From NCBI GenBank assembly GCA_964645485.1, contig CAZXZO010000030.1, positions 1-15,134 on the forward strand: DNA of 15,134 nt, read 5' to 3'. Below are positions 1 through 7,663 of the stretch, piece by piece. The notes below the pieces were generated by a model, which saw only the letters and a list, made by a program, of their open reading frames with translations, was not told the origin of the DNA and searched no databases. The DNA is from an uncultured Candidatus Poseidoniales archaeon (GTDB lineage: Archaea; Thermoplasmatota; Poseidoniia; Poseidoniales; Thalassarchaeaceae). Numbering within the stretch: position 1 is the first letter of the stretch; each line of letters starts with the position of its first letter. The position numbers and the translations under genes are program-made.

Positions 1-387
1 ATGATGACAGACGAGTTCCTAAGTAGTGAAGAAAGCCAACAATTCTTTGGACTAATCCAGATGTTACAACGCTCAGCCCTAGTCGCTCTTGGTAAAATGC
101 CAGACCACGAAGGGAATCATTCAGTTAACGTCGCAGAAGCAAAGGCAGCCATCGACTTGATTGCAGTCATTCAGAAACGGACCGAAGGAAATATTGACGA
201 AATGGAAACCAATTTATTGAGGGGGATTGTAACTGAAATGCGTATGTTTTTTGTTCAAGCACCAAAAGATATTTCCACTAAACAAGCCGAAGAAAAGGAT
301 GCTGAAGAATTGAAAAAGACCTTCACAGAACCAACAGGAGCACCAGCAGAAGTACTAACTGACGAATCCAAATCAGAAGAGGAATGA
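1..387 (+). CDS. DUF1844-like protein with a charged C-terminal tail
   Basis: The pattern FFGLIQMLQRSALVALGKMPD...AKAAIDLIAVIQKRTEGNIDEMETNLLRGIVTEMRMFFV matches my recollection of DUF1844 (F..L+.SL...A...LG..P / A+..ID.L..L..KT.GNL...E..LL). The ORF begins at base 1, so the start (1, 4 or upstream) cannot be confirmed. Confidence 0.72.
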   Translation: MMTDEFLSSEESQQFFGLIQMLQRSALVALGKMPDHEGNHSVNVAEAKAAIDLIAVIQKRTEGNIDEMETNLLRGIVTEMRMFFVQAPKDISTKQAEEKDAEELKKTFTEPTGAPAEVLTDESKSEEE

Positions 388-438
388 ACCGTTCCTTTGA
401 TGTGCACAACAATTGTGGCCAGTAATGGAGAGGAGCCA

Positions 439-1080
439 ATGGTCCGAGTAACTGAGGTCACCGATGAGGATGCCCCCCTTGCTCTGTTAGTTGATAATAA
501 TGAGATGGCACTGTACCGCATGAATGAGATATTTCGTCAGAGAGATTATCGAGTTATTGAATGTAAAAACGGGGATAAAGCGGTTGATATTTTTATCACA
601 GAGAAACCCGATTTAGTAATCATCTCATTAGATATTCCTGGTCTTGATGGACATGTTACCGCTCTAGAAATGAGGGAGTCCCGAAGCGATTCAAGAATAA
701 TTTTCACCACCCCTAGGAATAAGTTAGAGTTAGCAGAAGACGCTGCATTTAGTGCAGGTGCAGTTGCCTTACTTCAAAAACCGGTTACACAATCATCCAT
801 TGATGAGGTTTGGGATTTGGTTATGGGAGACATACCAGACGCACCAGGAGTTGAAGACCTTGACCAGTTATATCCAGAGGTTGAAGAAGAAGTTGAGGTA
901 ACAATTGACCTAGAAGGATTACCTGCTCCACCACCACCATCTGCCTTACCTGCATTAGGTCCACCCCCTAAGCGAAAAAAGAAAGGCAAAGGATTGTTGA
1001 TGCTAGCGATATTATTGTTCTTAGGCTCTGCCGGAGCAATCGGTTATGGATTGTACACGATGGGTTATATCCCATTGTGA
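439..1080 (+). CDS. Atypical CheY-like receiver (pseudo-receiver) with Pro-rich linker and C-terminal transmembrane anchor
   Basis: Receiver fold motifs LLVDNN, C-KNGDKA, KPDLVIISLDIPGLDG, IIFTT, AGAVALLQKPV. These are followed by an acidic/Pro-rich linker, KRKKK and a hydrophobic helix (from about 994). The ATG at 439 is preceded by GGAGAGGAG (427-435); alternative starts are 397 and 400. Confidence 0.85.
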   Translation: MVRVTEVTDEDAPLALLVDNNEMALYRMNEIFRQRDYRVIECKNGDKAVDIFITEKPDLVIISLDIPGLDGHVTALEMRESRSDSRIIFTTPRNKLELAEDAAFSAGAVALLQKPVTQSSIDEVWDLVMGDIPDAPGVEDLDQLYPEVEEEVEVTIDLEGLPAPPPPSALPALGPPPKRKKKGKGLLMLAILLFLGSAGAIGYGLYTMGYIPL

Positions 1081-1389
1081 TCAGAATTTAGGTTCGTTCA
1101 ACAACCGTTGTTGATTTGATTCAATTTGAGGTTGCACAACCCCTGCAGGGGCATTCAATACATTGAGTGGAACTAATTGAACAGGGACGTATGGGACAAT
1201 AACTGAGCCAACAGGGGCATCAGTTGAAGTTTCTACTTTATGCGAGACACTACTTAGCAATCCAGGGTCACAAGCAGCAATTCTAGCATCTAGTTGACTA
1301 TGAATCCAAACTTGCCATCCGGCTACCAAAATAAGCCCAACAGTGATTGCGGCGGCAACCAGCCACAACACAATTTCATCACTGCCCAT
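1081..1389 (-). CDS. Small hypothetical single-pass membrane protein
   Basis: ATG at 1389 (MGSDEIVLWLVAAAITVGLILVAGWQVW gives an N-terminal TM helix). It fills the gap between pyrF and the receiver gene and is co-oriented with the upstream run. No family recognised. Confidence 0.6.
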   Translation of the reverse strand: MGSDEIVLWLVAAAITVGLILVAGWQVWIHSQLDARIAACDPGLLSSVSHKVETSTDAPVGSVIVPYVPVQLVPLNVLNAPAGVVQPQIESNQQRLLNEPKF

Positions 1390-1428
1390 GATAATTGAAG
1401 AAGCACAGACTACTGTCAATCTTCCGCT

Positions 1429-2235
1429 TCAAAGACTACTGCGTTGAAGCAGCGCATTCCAAGATACATCGGCGTAAGATTTCGCCGCCTCAGCAGGGTT
1501 ATCAGCACGGTGAATACCACTTCCAACAATGATTCCATCAGAACCTGCTAACACCGCTTCAGTCGGGTCGCCATAACGCTGACCAAGTTCAGCATCCCCA
1601 GTAACAAGATTCACACCCGGTGTCCAAATCATTTTGATTTCACCAACTTTGCTACGTAATTCAGCCAACTCATTTGCTCGTGATCCATTACCAATGAATC
1701 CGAAGCAAGCAGGATGCTCTTTTCCAGCATTAACAACAGCATCAGTATACCCTGGTATCTCCAAAAGATTGCCAGCACTACTCATTTGGGCTAGTAAGAG
1801 AACACCCCCTTGTCGACCAACATTCAACCATCCCTCAGCCATGCCATCAAGCACAGACGGTCCAGATATTAGGTGAGCAGTCATTAAATCAGCCCACGAG
1901 CGAGAGTCATACACCCCGCCCATTTGGTCACGAGCAATTTTACCAATATCGCCATGTTTTCTATCTTCAAAAATCAACATGTCAGCATCTTTTGCCTTTT
2001 CACAAAATTCTGCCCAACTTTCTGCCGACCAATCTTCTACCAAATCAACATGAGTTTTGAGCGCCGCCACGTAGGGGCTAACACCCTCAAGCAATTCAGT
2101 TAGGCCAGCCATCGTGTATCGATCAGCTGCCAATACCACCATACTTTGTTTGTCAACAACTGTCTCCATCCATCTTCTAGCCAATGGATTTGGGTTAGCA
2201 TTCCACCGCTCACCCCACACTTCGCTAGGTTGCAT
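1429..2235 (-). CDS. pyrF: Orotidine 5'-phosphate decarboxylase family protein, eukaryotic URA3/UMPS-like type
   Basis: LKTHVD, LIFEDRKHGDIG, WADLMTAH, LLLAQMSS, TPGV, LGQRY and GSDGIIVG align motif by motif with yeast URA3. The ATG at 2235 is preferred over TTG 2265. Confidence 0.9.
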   Translation of the reverse strand: MQPSEVWGERWNANPNPLARRWMETVVDKQSMVVLAADRYTMAGLTELLEGVSPYVAALKTHVDLVEDWSAESWAEFCEKAKDADMLIFEDRKHGDIGKIARDQMGGVYDSRSWADLMTAHLISGPSVLDGMAEGWLNVGRQGGVLLLAQMSSAGNLLEIPGYTDAVVNAGKEHPACFGFIGNGSRANELAELRSKVGEIKMIWTPGVNLVTGDAELGQRYGDPTEAVLAGSDGIIVGSGIHRADNPAEAAKSYADVSWNALLQRSSL

Positions 2236-2272
2236 CAAGTAAGGGGGTAAGCCGGCATCCCTCAAAGTTTAC

Positions 2273-3301
2273 TCATGCCCAGTTATTTTCACTAATAGGG
2301 GGGATTGAGTCAATTATTGATTCGTTAGGGTTACGAAAAGTCATTTTCAACTCTTGTTTTGCCGGTGTTGCATCAAAAGTGCAATGTCGTTTCAGGGAGG
2401 AACGAGCCCATTTCACACTCATTTTAGGGTGGAATAGTGCCGCAATCAGACAAATAGAGTAGGGAAGTACACCCTTTGGCCATTTTCTTTCAGGGTAAGC
2501 AGCCCGTAAAATTTCAGCCACATCCTTCATCCACATATCACCACCTATTACCAAATATCTTCCACAAGGCTCGCCTTCAGTCAATGCTCGAACATGAGAT
2601 TCAGCAACATCTCGAACATCTACAATGTTGATATGAACTGGAAGTGATTTTGGCATTGTTCGCTTATACAACGCTTCCACATACGAAAGACTCCCACCTA
2701 AATGGCGTTTTGACAACGGTGGGCCAAACACAACACAAGGGTGTATTGTGACAAGTCGGGGGCGGGTATTTTCATCTTTGTTAGCGTGCCATTCTCTGAT
2801 TAATTTTTCAGCACCAGCCTTGGCTAATCCATACGCATTATTCTCAAGGGTTGCATCATCAGCCCAAGAATCAGATGTAAAACGAGTTCCATTTTCATAT
2901 TTTGTGGGTCTGATTGCAGCAGTAGATGAGGTGTGAACAAGTCGTTTTACACAATCTGTACCATCAATCGCATCACAGATATTTTGAGTCCCAATTAATG
3001 ATGGGTCCACGACGTCTTTTTGTGGGTCTGATTTACCAACATAAAGGGCAGCAGCAGCGTGTATCACATCACTGCAACCTGCGACAGCAGCCTTGACTTC
3101 ATCAGCATCCAATAGATTCATTTTGACGACAGATAATGAACCCCCTGCACCAACTGGAAGGGCTAACAAGTGGTCTACTCTTTCAGGGTCATTTGGTGCT
3201 CTTAATGCAGCACGCACATTTCGCCCTCTAGCAAGTAGATTGGCAACGATGTGGCTACCAATATATCCGCTGGCTCCGGTGACTAACACAGTGTCTGACA
3301 T
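2273..3301 (-). CDS. Extended SDR, NAD(P)-dependent epimerase/dehydratase family (flavonoid/aldehyde reductase-like)
   Basis: VLVTGASGYIG (GxxGxxG), VIHAAA, TSSTAAI, YGLAK (YxxxK), VDVRDVAESH. ATG at 3301 just before the Rossmann motif. Confidence 0.9.
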   Translation of the reverse strand: MSDTVLVTGASGYIGSHIVANLLARGRNVRAALRAPNDPERVDHLLALPVGAGGSLSVVKMNLLDADEVKAAVAGCSDVIHAAAALYVGKSDPQKDVVDPSLIGTQNICDAIDGTDCVKRLVHTSSTAAIRPTKYENGTRFTSDSWADDATLENNAYGLAKAGAEKLIREWHANKDENTRPRLVTIHPCVVFGPPLSKRHLGGSLSYVEALYKRTMPKSLPVHINIVDVRDVAESHVRALTEGEPCGRYLVIGGDMWMKDVAEILRAAYPERKWPKGVLPYSICLIAALFHPKMSVKWARSSLKRHCTFDATPAKQELKMTFRNPNESIIDSIPPISENNWA

Positions 3302-3346
3302 AATTGAGCGCAAGCAATCATCCATGAAAACCCAGCGCTACAGAGA

Positions 3347-4120
3347 CTAGAGTAATTCAGCAACAGAATTCACAATAACATCAGGGGTTTGGGGGGCCGT
3401 TTCTAAATCACCTAGAGTGGCTTCACCAGATAAAACGAGAACCCCAATTACGCCCGCTCGCGCGGCCATTTCCATATCAGTGTATAGGCGGTCACCAACC
3501 ATTGCACATTCAGAGGGTTGTAATCCCAATTCCTCAATTTTATGGAGTATCATTCCAGCATTTGGTTTGCCACAAATATGAGTCGGCTCAACCCCTGTTG
3601 TGGCTTTGAATAGAGCCAAATATGCACCAACATCTGGTAACCCCCCATCTGGAGAAGGACAGACCATATCTGGGTGTGATGCAACCAAAGGAACTCCATT
3701 GTGGAGGTGTATTGAAGCGGTGGCTAATTTTTCATAATCAACTTGAGTATCATAACCTAGAACTACATATTGGGGTTCTTCACTTCGAGTCGAAACACCA
3801 ACTTCTTCAAGCATTGAACACATCCCTTCTGTGCCCACAACATAAGTTTCACAAACACCCTCTTTACCTAGCCAAGATATTAGGTCATGGGTTGATAGTA
3901 GCACATCATTTTCTTGTGCTGGAATTCCAAGCCCATGCAACTTTGCTAAATATTCAGATACAGATTTTGAGGAATTATTTGACAGGAAGAAACGTTGAAC
4001 ACCTCTTTCTTGACATCTAGTGAGAAACTCAACAGCCCCGTCAATTAACTCATTACTGAGGTAGATTGTACCATCGAGGTCTAGAAAAACAGCCTTAATT
4101 CCATTTAGAGAATGACCCAT
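3347..4120 (-). CDS. HAD-IIA (NagD-like) phosphatase
   Basis: Motif I DLDGT, motif II LSNNS, motif III GKP, motif IV GDRLYTD. SD-like AGGTGGG at 4124-4130. Confidence 0.92.
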   Translation of the reverse strand: MGHSLNGIKAVFLDLDGTIYLSNELIDGAVEFLTRCQERGVQRFFLSNNSSKSVSEYLAKLHGLGIPAQENDVLLSTHDLISWLGKEGVCETYVVGTEGMCSMLEEVGVSTRSEEPQYVVLGYDTQVDYEKLATASIHLHNGVPLVASHPDMVCPSPDGGLPDVGAYLALFKATTGVEPTHICGKPNAGMILHKIEELGLQPSECAMVGDRLYTDMEMAARAGVIGVLVLSGEATLGDLETAPQTPDVIVNSVAELL

Positions 4121-4129
4121 GTTCCCACC

Positions 4130-5503
4130 TTAGAAGAAAACCATTTTCATCATTTGCCAAGTACTAGCCATATCTTCTTGGCCAGATTTTGTTGAACACG
4201 CCAATTCCAATTGATTTCGTATTGCCTTACCCCGTTTATTGTCGCGAGCCGCTCTTTTGAGCAACAAATTCAACAACCACTTTCTTCTAACCAATTTTTG
4301 CAGTTTCAAACTGTTTGATAAAACAGGTCCCAAGCGCCCCCACATATCCAACTGATATTCATGGGCCGCTTCTTTTGTAAACACCACACTGCCACTTTCA
4401 CCTTCCATGTATTCTGCTAACACTTTCCCTGAAAGAAGGGCTTGGTGCATGCCTTCACCTGAAAATGGGTCAACCCAACTAGCAGCGTCTCCAACACAAG
4501 CAGCACCAGCCATAGCGAATCTCCTAGGTTGGTAACTTGGAGCGTTTTTTCTAGGTGAACCACACGGGATTAAGTGCCCTTTGTCGCTTCCTTCAATCAT
4601 TTTACTATTAGCAAATCTATCCATGAACTTAGGGTGTTCATTGATTACCCAGGATTGTAATTCTCGCAATTTAGTATCCATCTTGTGCATATCACTGATG
4701 AGAAGACCACACCCCACGTTCACAATTTTATCATTTACAGGGAATATCCAAAAGTAACCATTACAGAGTTTTCCACCAAGGAAGTGGATTTCGATTGGTC
4801 CAATATTAGAACTCGAATCCATCTCCCAATATTCCCTGTATGCAGCGATGTAATGGTCATCATCTCGCATGGGTTCATCATGACATTTTTCAGTTACAAC
4901 TCTAGCAACCGGGCAGTTAAATCCACCAGCACCAATAACCACTGGTGCACTGAATGTTGAAACGCCATTCCCACTCCGTACACCCCCAATAGTTCCGCTT
5001 ACACCTGTAATGACTTGAGAATCTCCTTCACCTTCGATGTGAATTTCTTTCACAGCAAAGTCTTGAATGATAGAACCACCATTCTCCAAAACCAGTTCAG
5101 TCGCTCGTTTGAACATCATGTAGTCAAATTGCAATCGTGGGAGTGAATACCCTGCAGTTCTATCTTCCACTTGATCTGCAGGTAGGTTGATTCTAACCTC
5201 TGTGTTTTTACCTGGGCCTGAGAAGATGATGGAATCAACACGAAACAATGGAGTTTCTTCTATCATCGGTCGAACTCCAAGTTCTGTGACAATTTTCATC
5301 GATGAACCACCAACAGCATCACCACAGGTTTTGTCGCGCGGATATACTGCCTTCTCCAACAAAAGTACCTTGTAACCTTTCATTGCTGCAAATGAAGCAG
5401 CAGAGGAACCAGCGGGTCCGCCCCCTACAACGATTACATCAAACACAGAATCATCATTTGGCAACTCTCCTGTGTTGATTGGCTCCATCCATGAAGAGTT
5501 CAT
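4130..5503 (-). CDS. Geranylgeranyl reductase family FAD-dependent oxidoreductase
   Basis: DVIVVGGGPAGS, LLEK..YPRDKTCGDA, RLQFDYMM, GYFWIFP, VGDAASWVDPFSGEGM. SD-like GGGTGAT (5507-5513) supports the ATG at 5503 (track start 5524). Confidence 0.9.
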   Translation of the reverse strand: MNSSWMEPINTGELPNDDSVFDVIVVGGGPAGSSAASFAAMKGYKVLLLEKAVYPRDKTCGDAVGGSSMKIVTELGVRPMIEETPLFRVDSIIFSGPGKNTEVRINLPADQVEDRTAGYSLPRLQFDYMMFKRATELVLENGGSIIQDFAVKEIHIEGEGDSQVITGVSGTIGGVRSGNGVSTFSAPVVIGAGGFNCPVARVVTEKCHDEPMRDDDHYIAAYREYWEMDSSSNIGPIEIHFLGGKLCNGYFWIFPVNDKIVNVGCGLLISDMHKMDTKLRELQSWVINEHPKFMDRFANSKMIEGSDKGHLIPCGSPRKNAPSYQPRRFAMAGAACVGDAASWVDPFSGEGMHQALLSGKVLAEYMEGESGSVVFTKEAAHEYQLDMWGRLGPVLSNSLKLQKLVRRKWLLNLLLKRAARDNKRGKAIRNQLELACSTKSGQEDMASTWQMMKMVFF

Positions 5504-5611
5504 CGTATCACCCATACATCCCACGGCCGCACTTTTGCCTTCAATGGTTCGCTTGATTCATAATTTCAAATTGCGTAGATTGATGCACTACCTAGGACTC
5601 GCTAGTGATTG

Positions 5612-5935
5612 ATGACGGAAATTCTAGTAGTTACAACAACATTGCCGATTGAATGGACTTCTGAACAAATTATGGCGTTTAAAACTAAATTAATTTCTCA
5701 ACAATTAGCGGCTTGTGTTCAGAGTCACAAAATAAATTCCACATATCTCTGGGAGGGCGAAATAGTGTCAGAGGATGAATGGCGCTTAACTATTAAAACC
5801 ACAAAAATACACAAAGAATCCTTGATTTCTACCTTAATTGAAAACCATCCTTATGATGTACCCCAAATAATTCACAGACTTGAAGAATCAAGTTCTGAGT
5901 ATACAACTTGGGTTAATAACCAGGTAGAAAATTGA
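5612..5935 (+). CDS. cutA: Divalent-cation tolerance protein CutA1
   Basis: LAACV, STYLWEG, IKT and HPYDVP signature motifs; about 107 aa. Confidence 0.92.
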   Translation: MTEILVVTTTLPIEWTSEQIMAFKTKLISQQLAACVQSHKINSTYLWEGEIVSEDEWRLTIKTTKIHKESLISTLIENHPYDVPQIIHRLEESSSEYTTWVNNQVEN

Positions 5936-5937
5936 CT

Positions 5938-5945
5938 AAAAAAAA
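5938..5945 (-). terminator. Oligo-T (T8) archaeal-type terminator candidate for the 5949-7607 gene
   Basis: An A8 run on + reads as T8 on -, 3 nt downstream of the minus-strand TGA, in the 13-bp gap between convergent genes. Confidence 0.55.
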
Positions 5946-5948
5946 TAA

Positions 5949-7607
5949 TCAAGGAAGTTTTTCAATTGTGCCCGTGACACTTCGTAAATTTTCCATTGCA
6001 TCAATATAATCACTGCTATCACTGTCATCAATGATGGTTTTACTAGCACCCCATAATGATTTCAATGCCGGCACCCAATCCCCGCCAAGGTCTCGAATAG
6101 ATGGTTCATAATGCCACGCTTCCCCCTCATTTTTTCCATGCACGCAAACCCATGCCCAGCCCATTGAGGATTTTCGCCCTTCACCCGATTTTCTTGCCAT
6201 AGTTGTGGTTTTCCCAACTCCTTCCGAGTGTGCTTTTTTGATTAACATATCAGCAAAATCAAGCGGCGAAGGTAACGATTCAGAATCATAAGGAAATTTT
6301 TTCATCATTCTGACGCTACTCTGTTTTTCGTCTAGATTTTTTAAGAATCCACTGAAAGCCTTACGGCTGTTTAATTGTTGTTCATAGATATCATCGGCTT
6401 CAGATCCAGTCAATTCAAACATTTCCTCAAGGATATCTAAACCACATTTACCCCATGTCGCTTTTAGTAACGAGTGGGCGCTATCATCTGCCATTCGAAC
6501 CACTTCACTGGCTAACCAATGCGCTTCTCCTGCAGAATCAACTCTTACACCCCCCTCCAATGTATCAAGCAATATTGAGATAGCTTCTAGTTCGGTTTTA
6601 CTACCTTGCAATTCATCCAAAAATCCGGCCTTATTATCATTGGCAAACCAGTTTTCTTTTAGCACCAAACCTTCTTCTAATTCTTCACAAAAAGCAGCGT
6701 GTAATTGTGGTTTCAAGGCTGAATCTGGAATCTCTAAGCGTAACCATTGGTCAATGACAACACCCATGGAATCAATAGTTTCTTGATTTATCCCCTTGTC
6801 TTTTGGCCAACCATTTGGCCTATAATTAGTCTCAACTTCCATTAATTCAGATAAACGCGGAGGTGACATTGTAAGAACAATACTTTGCACAAAAGGCTCT
6901 TTGGTTTTTGATAATTCTTCAAGACCAATTTCAACAACTAAACCATTGGAATAATTCATCACAATTTTGTTTTCACCACTTCCTGCTTGCCAAACCCCAT
7001 CATCGTCTATGGTAAATTTCAATGGCGAAGAGGAAAGGCCCTCTGTCACCCATTCTTCAGGTGGTGCGGGGTCAATCCCAGTGCAAATAAAATTATTTGA
7101 CCATGAAAAAAACCAGTAACCTGCTCTTGCCAATTCTTCCCATGCGAGCAAACGAAAAATAGGGTGTGAATGCATTTGCAAACCAAGTAGGTGGGCAGGT
7201 TTTCCTCTTCCTCGTCGGATAAATGATGATGAACCATAGACTGGGTGTTTGAATATCGCTACAGTTTCGAATTCGTCTTCATGGGCGGCAGCCAAACAAC
7301 CGGCAAATGCTCGTCCAACTAAGCCGCCTTTGCCCGATGCCATTCGTTTTTGCAGCCACGATCTATCCTCACGTTTATTGATGACTTTCTCAATATCTTT
7401 TAGACATGATTTAAGTTTATTTGGCCGGCCAAAACCACGAGAGGTTCGACCAGAAATTGTCGGTAGAATTGAATGTGGCTCCTCCAACAACACATCGAGG
7501 TTTTTTCGCAAGCGTTTTTGCACCGAGTCAGAAGCCCTTTTCGTACCACGCATCCGTATTTTCTGCGTTTTCTTTCCGGGGAATTCTACTTCAGCCGGTC
7601 CTGCCAT
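5949..7607 (-). CDS. Hypothetical protein, 552 aa, soluble, basic N-terminus
   Basis: Long ORF with a globular-protein composition, co-oriented 56 bp downstream of dph5, with GGAGGT/GGGGA upstream of the ATG. No motif I can assign. Confidence 0.85.
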   Translation of the reverse strand: MAGPAEVEFPGKKTQKIRMRGTKRASDSVQKRLRKNLDVLLEEPHSILPTISGRTSRGFGRPNKLKSCLKDIEKVINKREDRSWLQKRMASGKGGLVGRAFAGCLAAAHEDEFETVAIFKHPVYGSSSFIRRGRGKPAHLLGLQMHSHPIFRLLAWEELARAGYWFFSWSNNFICTGIDPAPPEEWVTEGLSSSPLKFTIDDDGVWQAGSGENKIVMNYSNGLVVEIGLEELSKTKEPFVQSIVLTMSPPRLSELMEVETNYRPNGWPKDKGINQETIDSMGVVIDQWLRLEIPDSALKPQLHAAFCEELEEGLVLKENWFANDNKAGFLDELQGSKTELEAISILLDTLEGGVRVDSAGEAHWLASEVVRMADDSAHSLLKATWGKCGLDILEEMFELTGSEADDIYEQQLNSRKAFSGFLKNLDEKQSSVRMMKKFPYDSESLPSPLDFADMLIKKAHSEGVGKTTTMARKSGEGRKSSMGWAWVCVHGKNEGEAWHYEPSIRDLGGDWVPALKSLWGASKTIIDDSDSSDYIDAMENLRSVTGTIEKLP

Positions 7608-7663
7608 TTTAGTTCCCCGCGTACCTCCGAGTAACCCATCTCCCTTGAGGGCAACGGCTCAAA

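Noticed and set aside
255-521. Minus-strand 88-aa ORF (also 774-989)
   Set aside because: Antisense shadows of well-supported plus-strand genes; Ser/Gly-rich, with no motifs.
925-970. (CCA)n run, and the (GAT)n run near 11411, as phase-variable microsatellites
   Set aside because: Short in-frame triplet runs encoding poly-Pro and poly-Asp; slippage would not switch frame.
1634-5375. Short plus-strand ORFs inside the minus-strand run (1634, 2748, 3093, 3622, 4685, 5187)
   Set aside because: All overlap confidently assigned minus-strand enzymes; typical shadow ORFs.
5504-5611. Largest intergenic gap as a possible ncRNA or tRNA
   Set aside because: No cloverleaf, C/D boxes or convincing stem seen; best explained as a divergent promoter region.
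7608-7663. CCCTTGAGGG mini-hairpin between dph5 and the hypothetical gene
   Set aside because: Only a 3-4 bp stem; expected by chance.
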